Shown: in pieces, positions 52,620 to 61,656 of the stretch | How positions within the stretch are numbered: position 1 is the stretch's first letter | How the letters are laid out: each line of letters starts with the position of its first letter | NCBI GenBank assembly: GCA_028697145.1 | Contig: JAQVFR010000003.1 | Coordinates: 76,834 to 140,833 of the forward strand | DNA: 64,000 nt | Source of the DNA: Actinomycetota bacterium | Lineage (GTDB): Bacteria; Actinomycetota; Geothermincolia; Geothermincolales; RBG-13-55-18 | Direction: 5' to 3' | Translations under genes and position numbers: made by a program | Notes under the pieces: model-generated | Databases searched by the model: none | What the model was told of the DNA's origin: nothing | What the model saw: the letters and a program-made list of their open reading frames with translations, nothing else

Positions 52620-55024
52620 TTGTTCACCAGCTCCCAGCGCCCGGTATGGAGGTCAAATACCCCGCTTCCGGTGCGCTCCACGGAAATATCGCAGAGCCCG
52701 GTGGCCGTGGGGAAGTCCATGGACAGCGAGACGATCTTCACCGTCTTGCTGGCGCGATCCCAGGTGGTCGCGCAGTTCATCCAGTTGAACCACACCCCGG
52801 GAAGCGCCAGCCGCAGGGTAGTGGACCCGACCATGGGGAAGCCCATTCCCTCGACCTCGAATACCCCCTTCTCGTTCTTACCCGCTGCGGAAGCGACGCC
52901 GTAAGCCCGCTGAGTAGAGGTCTCTGCGCTTACGAATGTGCCGACACCACCGGAGCTGTTTATCTTGATGGCGGGCTTTGCATCGTTAGGCGGCAGGATC
53001 ACCGCCGGCCCCAGGGCGACGCTGAACGGGAAGGTGAAGACCTTCTCCACGCCGACCTCCACCCTCAGGGTCCAGTTCCCGTTGAGGCAGTCGATGAGGT
53101 TCAGCTTGGCCGAGATGCTGTAGGTATCGTTCACGGTGAACTCATCAACCGGGTAGGTCACGCTGCCGTTTGAGAAGCTCACCGCGGTCGTGCCCAAGAG
53201 GCCGTATCCCTCGATGGTGGCCATCACGTCGTAATAGTTCTCGTAGAAAGCGGGGTAGGCGTCGGGAGTGAATGCGTCGATGCCCGCTTTATAATCCACC
53301 CTCAGCGGGGCATCGCCGCTCCAGCCGGCGACGCCGTTTATGAGGTTTCTCACGTAGACGATGTAATCGCCGACGGGCAGTGCTTCGACGTTGAAGGTGC
53401 CTATTATTTCCGTGGTATTGACCGAAACGAGCGAGCCCTGCACCCAGGAGCCCGCCGGAAGCCCGTCCGTTACCTCGCTGCACAGGAATATCTCCACCGG
53501 GGGCGAGCCGACCATGTTGAAATGATCTCCGCTTATGTTCATCGTCCACGGGTTGCCGGCGTTCTTGTAGGCGGTATGCGGGTCATCGGAACCCTGCACG
53601 GTGATATCGTTCACGATGGGCTGGTACTCGTAGATGGTGTAGACGTTGTCATGGTCCGCCACGCCGTCGTTGGTCTCGTCATGGTCCGAGGCGCGGTGTC
53701 CGACCAGCGTCGGTTCCTTGGTGTTCACGATCTGCAGGTAGTAATCTCCCGCCGCAGCGACGGTGAAGTCGAACCTCGCCGTGATTGTGCAGGTGGTATT
53801 GGTGTACCCATAGCTACCCGAGGGCACGACCATATCGGTCACCACCCCGGTCAACATGTTGAGGATGAGCCCCGTCTCGTCCTCCCTGATCAGGCGGACC
53901 GAGGGATAGTCGAGGAGGTTGATGAACGGGCAGCCCTCGATCTTTACTATCGCGGCCGTCTCGTTGTTGTAGCCAATCCTCTCGTCCATGTTCGCGAGGT
54001 TGCCGTATCGCTTGATATTGGGCTTCGGGTATTCAACGATAAATCCGTTGAAGAGGTAGGAGGAGAAGAGGTTCTCCTGGCGCGTCTTGAGGGTCCAGTA
54101 GCCCACCGCGGCCCTGCCTTTCCAGTCGGGCTCGGTGGGGTCCTCGGATCCCGGGACGTTGGTGGAGAGGTTTATAAAGCCCTCCAGCCTGTTCTCGGTC
54201 TTGTAAGTCAGATCGATCTCGAGGTCGGGGTACTTGTAGCGCACGATGTGCGCCGAGACCGTGTCCGGATCGAAACCCCAGCCCTCTACGATCACTCTCA
54301 CACCTCTGGGATCGGGGGCTGGGGGCCAGTGCGCGGCCGCGTTGGGCCTGTCCGGATTAAGGAGCGCATCCGGGGTCGAGATCTGGTCCACGGTGATCCT
54401 GGCGGCGCCGAAATTATATATGGCCTGGGTGTCGCTGATGATGCTTTCCAGCACGTAGCTCGACTCCCCTTCGCTGCTTTTGGTCCAGTAGACGCTGATC
54501 CTCGCCAGGACCATCTGCAGGGTTTCATTGCTGGCGTTCGTGGGCCGGTCGAGCCCGCTTCCGTTGGGCAACCAGTCCTCGTGCATGTCGGCCACGCCGA
54601 GGTCGTCATCGAGGTAGGCCAGCTGCACCCCGACTCGGAAATCCGGGAATTCCTCGAACTCACCGTAAGCATAGAACTGCGCCTCCGGGATCTCCTGCCA
54701 GAGAGGGACGCCGCCGTCTACGGGGTCCTTCGGGTTGTAGTTGACCGGATCGCGTTCGCCCCAGAAATGGTCGTCGATGTCCCATTTCTCCGTATCGCCC
54801 TCTGTGGTGTGGGGAGTAAAGAACGGCAGGGCCTGTATCTCCTCCAGGGCTACCTTGGCGCAGTTCAGGCTCTTCTGCGACTGTTCGAAGGAACGGATCC
54901 CCTTGAAGGAGGTGTCGAACATGCTCACCATGGGGACCAGGGCCACCACCATGATCACGCCGGCGACCAGGATCTCAACGATGGTGAAACCGCCTTCCTT
55001 CCCCGCTTTACGCCTTAACCACAT
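52616..55024 (-). CDS. Giant prepilin-like protein (~800 aa) with an N-terminal prepilin motif and a large C-terminal domain
   Basis: KEGG|FTIVEILVAGVIMVVALVPMV prepilin motif. Start chosen at the ATG giving MWLRRKAGKEG, preceded by GGAGGGG; the track uses an upstream TTG. Confidence 0.7.
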   Translation of the reverse strand: MWLRRKAGKEGGFTIVEILVAGVIMVVALVPMVSMFDTSFKGIRSFEQSQKSLNCAKVALEEIQALPFFTPHTTEGDTEKWDIDDHFWGERDPVNYNPKDPVDGGVPLWQEIPEAQFYAYGEFEEFPDFRVGVQLAYLDDDLGVADMHEDWLPNGSGLDRPTNASNETLQMVLARISVYWTKSSEGESSYVLESIISDTQAIYNFGAARITVDQISTPDALLNPDRPNAAAHWPPAPDPRGVRVIVEGWGFDPDTVSAHIVRYKYPDLEIDLTYKTENRLEGFINLSTNVPGSEDPTEPDWKGRAAVGYWTLKTRQENLFSSYLFNGFIVEYPKPNIKRYGNLANMDERIGYNNETAAIVKIEGCPFINLLDYPSVRLIREDETGLILNMLTGVVTDMVVPSGSYGYTNTTCTITARFDFTVAAAGDYYLQIVNTKEPTLVGHRASDHDETNDGVADHDNVYTIYEYQPIVNDITVQGSDDPHTAYKNAGNPWTMNISGDHFNMVGSPPVEIFLCSEVTDGLPAGSWVQGSLVSVNTTEIIGTFNVEALPVGDYIVYVRNLINGVAGWSGDAPLRVDYKAGIDAFTPDAYPAFYENYYDVMATIEGYGLLGTTAVSFSNGSVTYPVDEFTVNDTYSISAKLNLIDCLNGNWTLRVEVGVEKVFTFPFSVALGPAVILPPNDAKPAIKINSSGGVGTFVSAETSTQRAYGVASAAGKNEKGVFEVEGMGFPMVGSTTLRLALPGVWFNWMNCATTWDRASKTVKIVSLSMDFPTATGLCDISVERTGSGVFDLHTGRWELVNK

Positions 55025-55082
55025 TTCCAACCCCTCCGTTTGGACGACCTTGAAGCCGCGCCTGAACAGCTCCAATCATCAA

Positions 55083-55667
55083 TTACCTCGTGATCCTGCC
55101 CTGCGAATCCACGGTAACGCTTCCAGACCTACCCCCGGACAGGAGGTTGATGGTCATCTCGCTCCCGGCCGGATCAAAGGAGACTTCCTGATCCGTTCCC
55201 ACCGGCTTGAATATGACCGTGCCCCCGCTGGTTATCTTCGCGGAGTTCCCGATCTGCACGTAGGTGTGATCGCCCGAGGAAACGGTCTTTTCGTCCCCGA
55301 CGGAATTGTCCGTGGGCTGAAGGCTCCAGGCTTCGTTCCACTCATCCTTCGCTTCATCGTATGTTCTCTCGCACTTGAAGCACATGACCTCGTAGGTATT
55401 CGCGTTGCTGCCACCGTCCGGATAGAAGATTACGTGGTATTCCACGTTCTCCTGGCGGGCAGAGAGCTTGGCCCGGGTGAGGGCCGCTTCCACCTGTTTC
55501 TCGGCGGCCTGCAGGTTCATTCCCTCCCTGATGTTCGCGTAACCAACAACGCCTATGGCGAGGAGCAGCCCCAGCACTATGATGGTTATCGCCAACTCCA
55601 CCACGGTGAAGCCGGCGCTCGAGCCGCAACCTTCGCCCCCGCCCCTCTTAACAGGTTTGTTTTTCAT
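55083..55667 (-). CDS. Type IV prepilin-like pseudopilin (FimT/GspH-like)
   Basis: SSAG|FTVVELAITIIVLGLLLAIGV prepilin motif. 194 aa. First gene of the cluster. Confidence 0.75.
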   Translation of the reverse strand: MKNKPVKRGGGEGCGSSAGFTVVELAITIIVLGLLLAIGVVGYANIREGMNLQAAEKQVEAALTRAKLSARQENVEYHVIFYPDGGSNANTYEVMCFKCERTYDEAKDEWNEAWSLQPTDNSVGDEKTVSSGDHTYVQIGNSAKITSGGTVIFKPVGTDQEVSFDPAGSEMTINLLSGGRSGSVTVDSQGRITR

Positions 55668-55845
55668 GCCCGTATGACTCCCAGCACGCCGGAAACCGTG
55701 GATCGTCTATTGCAATTTAATTATCGCCACCGCCCGTCAGGCCCTTAACCCCTCTGAGGTAAAAGTATCGTCAAACATGTTACGGTTGTGTCACGAACGC
55801 AGGTAAACGCCGGTCTTGGCAGTCTTCAGCAACTCGGATCGAGGA

Positions 55846-56466
55846 TCAAACCACCTTCTGGTCCATATTTTTTCGCAAATGCCCGGGTAGAGTCGTCTCA
55901 TTTTTATTGCCCCTGCCCTTTCCCTTTCCCTTTCCTACTCCTTTTCCTTTTCCGGCAGGTGCGCCCTCGCCTTCCTCCGTCATCTCCTCCATTTCGGCGC
56001 CCTCGCCGTCGCATGCATCCTCTTCTCCTGCCCTCTCCGTGAACTCAAAGGCGTTCGCATGGCCCCTGGTGCCCTTCACCAGGGCGTTTCCGATACCCTT
56101 CCTCGCCTCCTCCGGCGCCTTGTCGTAGACCCTCATGAGCACGGCAAGGTGCTTGGAGGTGACGTGGAGAACGTGGGCCGCGTGGGCTTCCGCTTCCATC
56201 AGGCCTTCGGGGTTCTCGGCAAGGTCCTTGAGGGCGGCGAGGTACTCCTCCATGACCTTGAAGGCCTCCTCTGTCTCTCCTTCCCCCATGAGCCGTAGAT
56301 ATTCTTCCAGGTCCTCCCGCAACTGTTCCAGGACAGGCACCTCCTCCCCGGACGGAGGCTCCTCCGCCTCCTGGGCCAGGCAAACGGGCAGGAACAACCC
56401 CGAGATCAGGAAGATGAGCGTAAGAAAGAGGACGAACAGGGGCAGGGACTTGTGCGTTCCGAGCAT
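55846..56466 (-). CDS. Secreted acidic protein with a C-terminal Lys/Gly repeat tail
   Basis: Signal peptide MLGTHKSLPLFVLFLTLIFLISGLFLPVCLAQEA. Glu-rich. Ends …KGKGVGKGKGKGRGNKNE. ATG at 56466 preceded by GAGGAGG. Confidence 0.55.
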   Translation of the reverse strand: MLGTHKSLPLFVLFLTLIFLISGLFLPVCLAQEAEEPPSGEEVPVLEQLREDLEEYLRLMGEGETEEAFKVMEEYLAALKDLAENPEGLMEAEAHAAHVLHVTSKHLAVLMRVYDKAPEEARKGIGNALVKGTRGHANAFEFTERAGEEDACDGEGAEMEEMTEEGEGAPAGKGKGVGKGKGKGRGNKNETTLPGHLRKNMDQKVV

Positions 56467-56614
56467 AGCCGACACCTCCTCGTCGCATGGCCTCAAGGAT
56501 CATATCGGCAGTTCCGGGCTTGTTCTGCATACAAAAGAGGCCCGTATGTCCTGTGGCGGGATCGGCGCGTCTCCGCCGGACCTTGCGCCCGGAACGTACC
56601 AGCCCGGAGATGGC

Positions 56615-57787
56615 CTACTTCGCGTGTCCCTGGGGATACGGCCGGCCCTCCCCCAGCACGGCATGCACTCCCGGCATGCGTTCGCTAACCGGGATGTCCT
56701 GGGGGCATTTCCCCTCGCATTCGCCGCAGGCGGTGCAGGCGCCGGCGCGGTCGGCCTCGGTGTAAAACCGGAAGTAGCGGAAGCGCGAGACCGGCAGGTC
56801 GTCGTATATCAGGCCGTTGTTGTAAAGCTCGAACATGGCCGGTATATCGACCCCCTGCGGGCAGGGCAGGCAGTAGCCGCACCCGGTGCAGGGGATTGCG
56901 GCCTTGCGCTCGAACGTTTCCCTCACGTGGGCTATGAGCTCCATGTCTTCCCGCCCCAGGCGGCGCTCCGCCGCATTTCGGGCCGTGAGGATGTTCTCCT
57001 CGAGCTGACCCATGTCGCTCATGCCGCTCAACACCACCGCGACCTCCGGCTGGTCCCATATCCACTGCAGCGCCCATTCCGCGGGAGTGCGCCCTTCCCC
57101 GTGGGCGTGGAATAACTCCCGCACGTCCGCGGGAGGCCTGGCCAGGTTCCCTCCCAGCAACGGCTCCATCACTACCACCGCGATCCCCCGCGACGCGGCG
57201 TACTGGAGCCCCCGCGTACCGGCCTGGTTCTCCGTGTCCATGTAGTTGTACTGTATCTGGCACATGGACCAGCCGTCGTAGCCGTCGATTATCTCCTCGA
57301 AGATCCCGTAGGCGTCGTGAAAGGAGAAGCCGACGCGGCCTATCCTGCCGTCGGCCACGGCGGCCTCCGCCCTGGCGAGAAGACCCTGAGCCTGGATGTT
57401 CTCCCACCTCTTCTTGTTCAGGCCGTGGAAGAGGTAGTAGTCGATTGGCCCGACCTGCAGCCTCTCCAACTGCTCATCCAGAAAACGATCGAAGTCGTCC
57501 GCGTTCTCCACAAGCCACACCGGCGACTTGGTGGCGATGTGCACCCTCTCGCGGTACCCGTCCCGCAGCGCCTTTCCCAGCAGGACCTCGCTGCGGCCTT
57601 CGTGATAGGTGTACGCGGTATCGAGGTAGTTGATCCCCTCGTCGATGGCGCGCCGGATCATCCTTATGGCCTCGTCCTCGACGATGTTGGCGCTGATGGG
57701 GATGCCGTCGCTGGTCGGCAACCGCATGCATCCGAAACCCAGGATAGACGCATCCCACCCGTCGCGCCCGAACTTCCTGTAAAGCAT
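56615..57787 (-). CDS. Aldo/keto reductase fused to a C-terminal 2x[4Fe-4S] ferredoxin-like domain
   Basis: AKR N-terminus (…GFGCMRLP…DTAYTYHEG…). C-terminal CTGCGYCLPCP and CTACGECEGKCP cysteine clusters. Confidence 0.8.
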   Translation of the reverse strand: MLYRKFGRDGWDASILGFGCMRLPTSDGIPISANIVEDEAIRMIRRAIDEGINYLDTAYTYHEGRSEVLLGKALRDGYRERVHIATKSPVWLVENADDFDRFLDEQLERLQVGPIDYYLFHGLNKKRWENIQAQGLLARAEAAVADGRIGRVGFSFHDAYGIFEEIIDGYDGWSMCQIQYNYMDTENQAGTRGLQYAASRGIAVVVMEPLLGGNLARPPADVRELFHAHGEGRTPAEWALQWIWDQPEVAVVLSGMSDMGQLEENILTARNAAERRLGREDMELIAHVRETFERKAAIPCTGCGYCLPCPQGVDIPAMFELYNNGLIYDDLPVSRFRYFRFYTEADRAGACTACGECEGKCPQDIPVSERMPGVHAVLGEGRPYPQGHAK

Positions 57788-57828
57788 CTTTCGCCACGAC
57801 CTCCTCGGCCCGCTACCGCTTCTCTTAT

Positions 57829-57876
57829 GGCATCTGTTTTTCCCGGCCTGGGTATATTAGATTTTCCCGGCCCGGG
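57829..57876 (+). repeat. Tandem 24-bp direct repeat (2 copies, 1 mismatch) in the AKR promoter region
   Basis: TTCCCGGCCTGGGTATATTAGATT / TTCCCGGCCCGGGTATATTAGATT, 42-89 bp upstream of the AKR start. Each copy carries a TAATAT -10-like hexamer and a CCGGGCC palindrome on the minus strand. Confidence 0.7.
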
Positions 57877-58090
57877 TATATTAGATTATCGTCATATCGT
57901 GCCGTAGTCCATGCGACGGATATAGGGGGTGGATGCGATGGGGGCAATGGACGCCCGGCTGGTTCGTGAGGGGCTGAAAAGGCACAACGCCGAGGAGATT
58001 GCCAGATTCAGTGATTTCCTCCCCCGGCTTTACAAGGAGTCCATATCAAGTCCACCGAGGGGATGATGGTAGCGGCAACTGCAATAAAAA

Positions 58091-58166
58091 TGGAGCCGAC
58101 GAGCGGACTCGAACCGCTGACCTGCTCATTACGAGTGAGCTGCTCTACCTGCTGAGCTACGTCGGC
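58091..58166 (-). tRNA. tRNA-Thr (anticodon CGU)
   Basis: Reverse complement GCCGACGTAGCTCAGCAGGTAGAGCAGCTCACTCGTAATGAGCAGGTCAGCGGTTCGAGTCCGCTCGTCGGCTCCA. 7-bp acceptor stem, GTTCGAGTC T-arm, anticodon loop CT-CGT-AA, encoded CCA. Confidence 0.85.
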
Positions 58167-58206
58167 ACCGTTTTAACAACCATAGATTATATCGTCAACC
58201 GCCCCT

Positions 58207-58405
58207 GGGGTCAGCCCTTAACATTCATCAAAACGTTAGCTGAGCTAACGGCTTTACCTTCGGGCAATCGAGAATAATATCGATCGACAAGTTGACTGTG
58301 GCCAGGCAACGGGTCTCGGCGGAATCCCATGTGCATCCTCGCAGCTAAGCATGATCATTATAATTAGCATTGCTAATGAAATGATGAATGTTAAGGGCTG
58401 ACCCC
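58207..58405. repeat. 199-bp AT-rich element bounded by perfect 22-bp terminal inverted repeats (GGGGTCAGCCCTTAACATTCAT); MITE-like or structured-RNA locus
   Basis: The left arm (58207-58228) is the exact reverse complement of the right arm (58384-58405). The interior is visibly AT-rich and holds two further short hairpins (CGTTAGC-TGA-GCTAACG; ATTAGCA-T-TGCTAAT). The right arm abuts the porB stop codon. Confidence 0.7.
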
Positions 58406-59368
58406 TTAGCGGGGTGGGGCGAGCTCGATGTCCATGATGTGTTCCTTCATCTTGTGGGTGAACTGCAGGGTCTCGAAGATGTGGTTGATACGCCCCTGTA
58501 TCTCCCCTATCCTCTCCTCGTCCTTCTCCGGCGAGAAGAGGTGGCGGAAACGCCCCTGCGCCCGCAGGTATTCCTCCACCGGGAGCAGCTTTGACTGCCC
58601 CTGGATGATGCGCTGCGTCCCCGCGGTATAGGTGGTCTTGCCCCCCTCGTGCTCATAGAGCATCCACATGCCGCTCTGCACCGCCATGCGGGCCACCTTG
58701 ATGGTGTGGGCGGATGGGAACTTCCACCCCGGCGGGCAGGGCGCCTGGATCTCGATGTAGCGCGTGCCCTTTATCTCCTTGGCCTTGGCGAACTTGCGGT
58801 ACATGTCGGTGGGATAGGCAAGGGAGGCGGTGGCCACGTAGGGGACGCCGTGGGCTACCATGATCTGGGCTACGTCCTTGCGCCACTCGTCCTTGCCCCG
58901 GGTGGTGTTGGAGGTCCAGGCGGCATAGGGTGTGGCGCCACTGCGCTGCGTGCCGGTGTTGGAGTAGGCCTCGTTGTTGTAGCACACGTAGATGAAATCG
59001 GTGTTGCGCTCCGCCGCCCCGGAAAGGGCCTGGATGCCGATGTCGTAGGTGCCGCCGTCCCCCGCCCACACCAGGATGGTGGGCTTTTCCTTGAAGGTGC
59101 CCCTGGCCACCAGGCGATCCGCCGCGGCGGTGAGCCCGGAGGCGGTTGCTCCTCCCGTGGCGAAGGCCATGTTCAGGGTGGGCAGGTTGAGCGCCGAGAC
59201 CGGGAAGGGGCTCTGCAGCACCGAGGTGCAGGAGGCGATGACGCAGAGTATGGTCTCCCTGCCCAGCGCCTTGAAGGCCACGCGCAAGGCGGCGCTGCCG
59301 GGACACCCCTGGCACGCGGCGCTGCCCTGCAGGAATAGTTCCTCCTCGGGGAAGTCGCGCAGCCTCAC
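58406..59368 (-). CDS. porB: Pyruvate/2-oxoacid:ferredoxin oxidoreductase beta subunit (TPP-binding)
   Basis: …SAACQGCPGS… N-terminal Cys motif and a TPP-binding GDG region. GTG start overlapping the porA stop (GTGA). Confidence 0.85.
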   Translation of the reverse strand: MRLRDFPEEELFLQGSAACQGCPGSAALRVAFKALGRETILCVIASCTSVLQSPFPVSALNLPTLNMAFATGGATASGLTAAADRLVARGTFKEKPTILVWAGDGGTYDIGIQALSGAAERNTDFIYVCYNNEAYSNTGTQRSGATPYAAWTSNTTRGKDEWRKDVAQIMVAHGVPYVATASLAYPTDMYRKFAKAKEIKGTRYIEIQAPCPPGWKFPSAHTIKVARMAVQSGMWMLYEHEGGKTTYTAGTQRIIQGQSKLLPVEEYLRAQGRFRHLFSPEKDEERIGEIQGRINHIFETLQFTHKMKEHIMDIELAPPR

Positions 59369-60585
59369 AGCACTCCCTCCCTTTTCCAGTACTCTTCCAG
59401 GCCCCGTTTGCTCACGCGGTGGTGCTCGGTCAGGCGCAGGCTGGGCCAGTTGCTCTCCGGCGCCATCTTGCCCTCCAGGGCGGCCTCGGTCCTCTCCGCG
59501 ACGAGGTCATACCTGACATCGCGCCCCCCCAGGCCGGTGATGAGGTTGTACACTATGGCGTCGCCGTGGCCGTAGATGGCCGCCTTGACCTCGGAGAAAA
59601 GCGCTCCTTCGAGACCGAAGGATACGCCGCGGTCCAATACCATGACCGCCCGCATGGGGGACAACAGTTCGCGAAGCTCCGCGATGGGAAAAGGCCGGTA
59701 CGAGCGCACCCGTACCAACCCGCATCGGTATCCCTTATCCCGCAGCATGTCCACGGCCATCTTGCACTCCGAGGCCATGCTTCCCATGGCCACCAGGGCG
59801 CAGTCCGCGTCATCGATGCGGTAGGTCTCCACCATGTCGCCGTGGTAATTGCCGATTATGTCGCGGTACTCCTCCGCCGCCCGCCTGATCGCCCCGCGCG
59901 CGTTGTCCAGCCCCTGGAACATGGAGAAGCGCACCTCCTCGTAGTCGTCGGGGTAGATGACCGAGCCGTGGGTGAGCGGGTAGTCGAGGTCCAGTTTCCA
60001 AAGGGAGCGGAAAGGCGGCAGGAAGCGGTCCACATTTTCCTGGTCCGGCACCTCCACCTGCATGTAGCTGTGGCTGATGAAGATGGCGTCGTAGCAGACC
60101 ATTACCGGCAGGATGACCTTGAAGTCCTCGGAGATGCGGTAGGCCTGGATCACGGTGTCGAGCACCTCCTGGTGGGAGGCGCAATAGAGCTGTATCCAAC
60201 CCGTGTCCCGCGCCGCCAGGGCGTCCTGGTGATCGCACCAGATATTCCAGCCCGGCCCCATGGCGCGGTTGACGTTGACCATGACCATGGGCAGGCGGAT
60301 GCCCGCCGCCCAGTGCAGGAGCTCGTGCATGTAGGCCAGGCCGTGGGATGAGGTGGCGGAGAAGGAGCGCACCCCCATGGCCGCCGAGCCGATCATGGCG
60401 GCCATGGCGCTGTGCTCGCTCTCCACGGGGATGTATTCGCAGTCCATCTCCCCCTCGTCGATAAAGCGCGATATCTCCTCGATCACCTGGGTCTGCGGGG
60501 TTATGGGATAGGCGGAGACCACCTCCACGCGCGCCAAGCGCGCGCCCCAGGCCGCGAAGTGGTTTCCGGTGTCGACCAGTTTCAT
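59365..60585 (-). CDS. porA: Pyruvate/2-oxoacid:ferredoxin oxidoreductase alpha subunit
   Basis: Start at the ATG giving MKLVDTGNHFAAWGARLARVEVVSAYPITPQT, preceded by AGGAAAAGAAGGA. The track ORF's upstream extension overlaps porD. Confidence 0.85.
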   Translation of the reverse strand: MKLVDTGNHFAAWGARLARVEVVSAYPITPQTQVIEEISRFIDEGEMDCEYIPVESEHSAMAAMIGSAAMGVRSFSATSSHGLAYMHELLHWAAGIRLPMVMVNVNRAMGPGWNIWCDHQDALAARDTGWIQLYCASHQEVLDTVIQAYRISEDFKVILPVMVCYDAIFISHSYMQVEVPDQENVDRFLPPFRSLWKLDLDYPLTHGSVIYPDDYEEVRFSMFQGLDNARGAIRRAAEEYRDIIGNYHGDMVETYRIDDADCALVAMGSMASECKMAVDMLRDKGYRCGLVRVRSYRPFPIAELRELLSPMRAVMVLDRGVSFGLEGALFSEVKAAIYGHGDAIVYNLITGLGGRDVRYDLVAERTEAALEGKMAPESNWPSLRLTEHHRVSKRGLEEYWKREGVL

Positions 60586-60920
60586 TCCTTCTTTTCCTCT
60601 TTTTCCATGACGATGGCCTTGCTCGGGCATTCCTCGGCGCAGATGCCGCAGCCCTTGCAGTAGTCGTAGTCGATCCTTATGTCCTTGGTGATGCATGCCT
60701 CGGGGCAGTATATCCAGCAGAGCAGGCACTTGTTGCACTTGCCCTCGTCAAGCACGGGGATGAAGATGCGCCAGCTCCCCGTCAGGCCTACGCTGCCCTC
60801 GCCGGGCACGGACAGGGTGGTGACGAAACCTATCTCCTCTTCCTCGTCCTTTTTCTTGCGTTTCGGCATCTCGCTGATTTCCTTCCGCCGCCGGCCACGG
60901 TCTCCACGGCTGCTCGACAT
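60582..60920 (-). CDS. porD: Pyruvate:ferredoxin oxidoreductase delta subunit (2x[4Fe-4S] ferredoxin)
   Basis: CNKCLLCWIYCP and CKGCGICAEECP clusters. The ATG overlaps the porG stop (TAATG). An alternative internal start MPKRKKK at 60869 is possible. Confidence 0.8.
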   Translation of the reverse strand: MSSSRGDRGRRRKEISEMPKRKKKDEEEEIGFVTTLSVPGEGSVGLTGSWRIFIPVLDEGKCNKCLLCWIYCPEACITKDIRIDYDYCKGCGICAEECPSKAIVMEKEEKKE

Positions 60921-61525
60921 TACTTTCTGCGCCGCGCCGCTCCGCCCCCACCGGCCGCCGCCTTTGCCTTCTTTATCTCCACCACCGAGGTGAACCCCCT
61001 GCGGGCAGCCTCCATGCTGGCGTCGAGCCGCGAGGCCGGGGTGTTCTCACGGATGATCTCGGTAACCGCCTCCAGGGGCACCAGCTCGGTTACATAGGAC
61101 ACCGCGCCCAGGAAGGCGATGTTGGTGACCGGCAGGCCTTCCACCTCCATGCCCAACTCTATGGCTATGGAGGTGCCGTCCACGGCGTAGGAGGCAAACG
61201 GGAGCTGCTCCAGGCGGCCCCTCGCCTCCTCCTCCTCCATGTTGACCAGCAACACCGTGCTTTCCTTTGTGCCCTCGGCTATGGCTGCTTCGAGCACGGT
61301 CGGGCTCATGACCACCAGAAAATCGGGGCGGTAGATCTGGCTGCGCAGGTCGATGGGCTTGTCGTCCATGCGCAGAAAGCACATCACGGGGGCGCCACGG
61401 CGTTCCGCGCCGAAAAAGGGGAAGGCCTGCACGTTTCTCCCGACGAGGTCGCCCGCCTGGGCCAGCATGTTGATGAGCGTTACGGCCCCCTGGCCGCCCA
61501 GGCTGTGAAACCTTACTTCTACCAT
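60920..61525 (-). CDS. porG: Pyruvate:ferredoxin oxidoreductase gamma subunit
   Basis: MVEVRFHSLGGQGAVTLINMLAQAG… is the PorG family N-terminus. 201 aa. Confidence 0.85.
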   Translation of the reverse strand: MVEVRFHSLGGQGAVTLINMLAQAGDLVGRNVQAFPFFGAERRGAPVMCFLRMDDKPIDLRSQIYRPDFLVVMSPTVLEAAIAEGTKESTVLLVNMEEEEARGRLEQLPFASYAVDGTSIAIELGMEVEGLPVTNIAFLGAVSYVTELVPLEAVTEIIRENTPASRLDASMEAARRGFTSVVEIKKAKAAAGGGGAARRRK

Positions 61526-61656
61526 ATTCTTCCTGCCGATTTCCCTTCTCTATCCCGCGGGCGGATCTATCAACGGAACAGTAACAATATATAGCACACT
61601 AGCAGGGACGATGTCGATGAGATGCGGTCAGGCGCGGGGCGCTCCGGGCGATCTTC

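Noticed and set aside
57938-58066. 42-aa plus-strand small ORF (MGAMDARLVREGLKRHNAEEIARFSDFLPRLYKESISSPPRG) between the AKR promoter and tRNA-Thr
   Set aside because: A weak GGGGG RBS-like stretch is present, but the ORF is short, there is no supporting context and it may be chance. Left as unannotated.
58207-58405. Reading the 22-bp inverted repeats as a rho-independent terminator for porB
   Set aside because: The arms are ~155 nt apart and not followed by a U-run. It is reported as a MITE-like or structured element instead.
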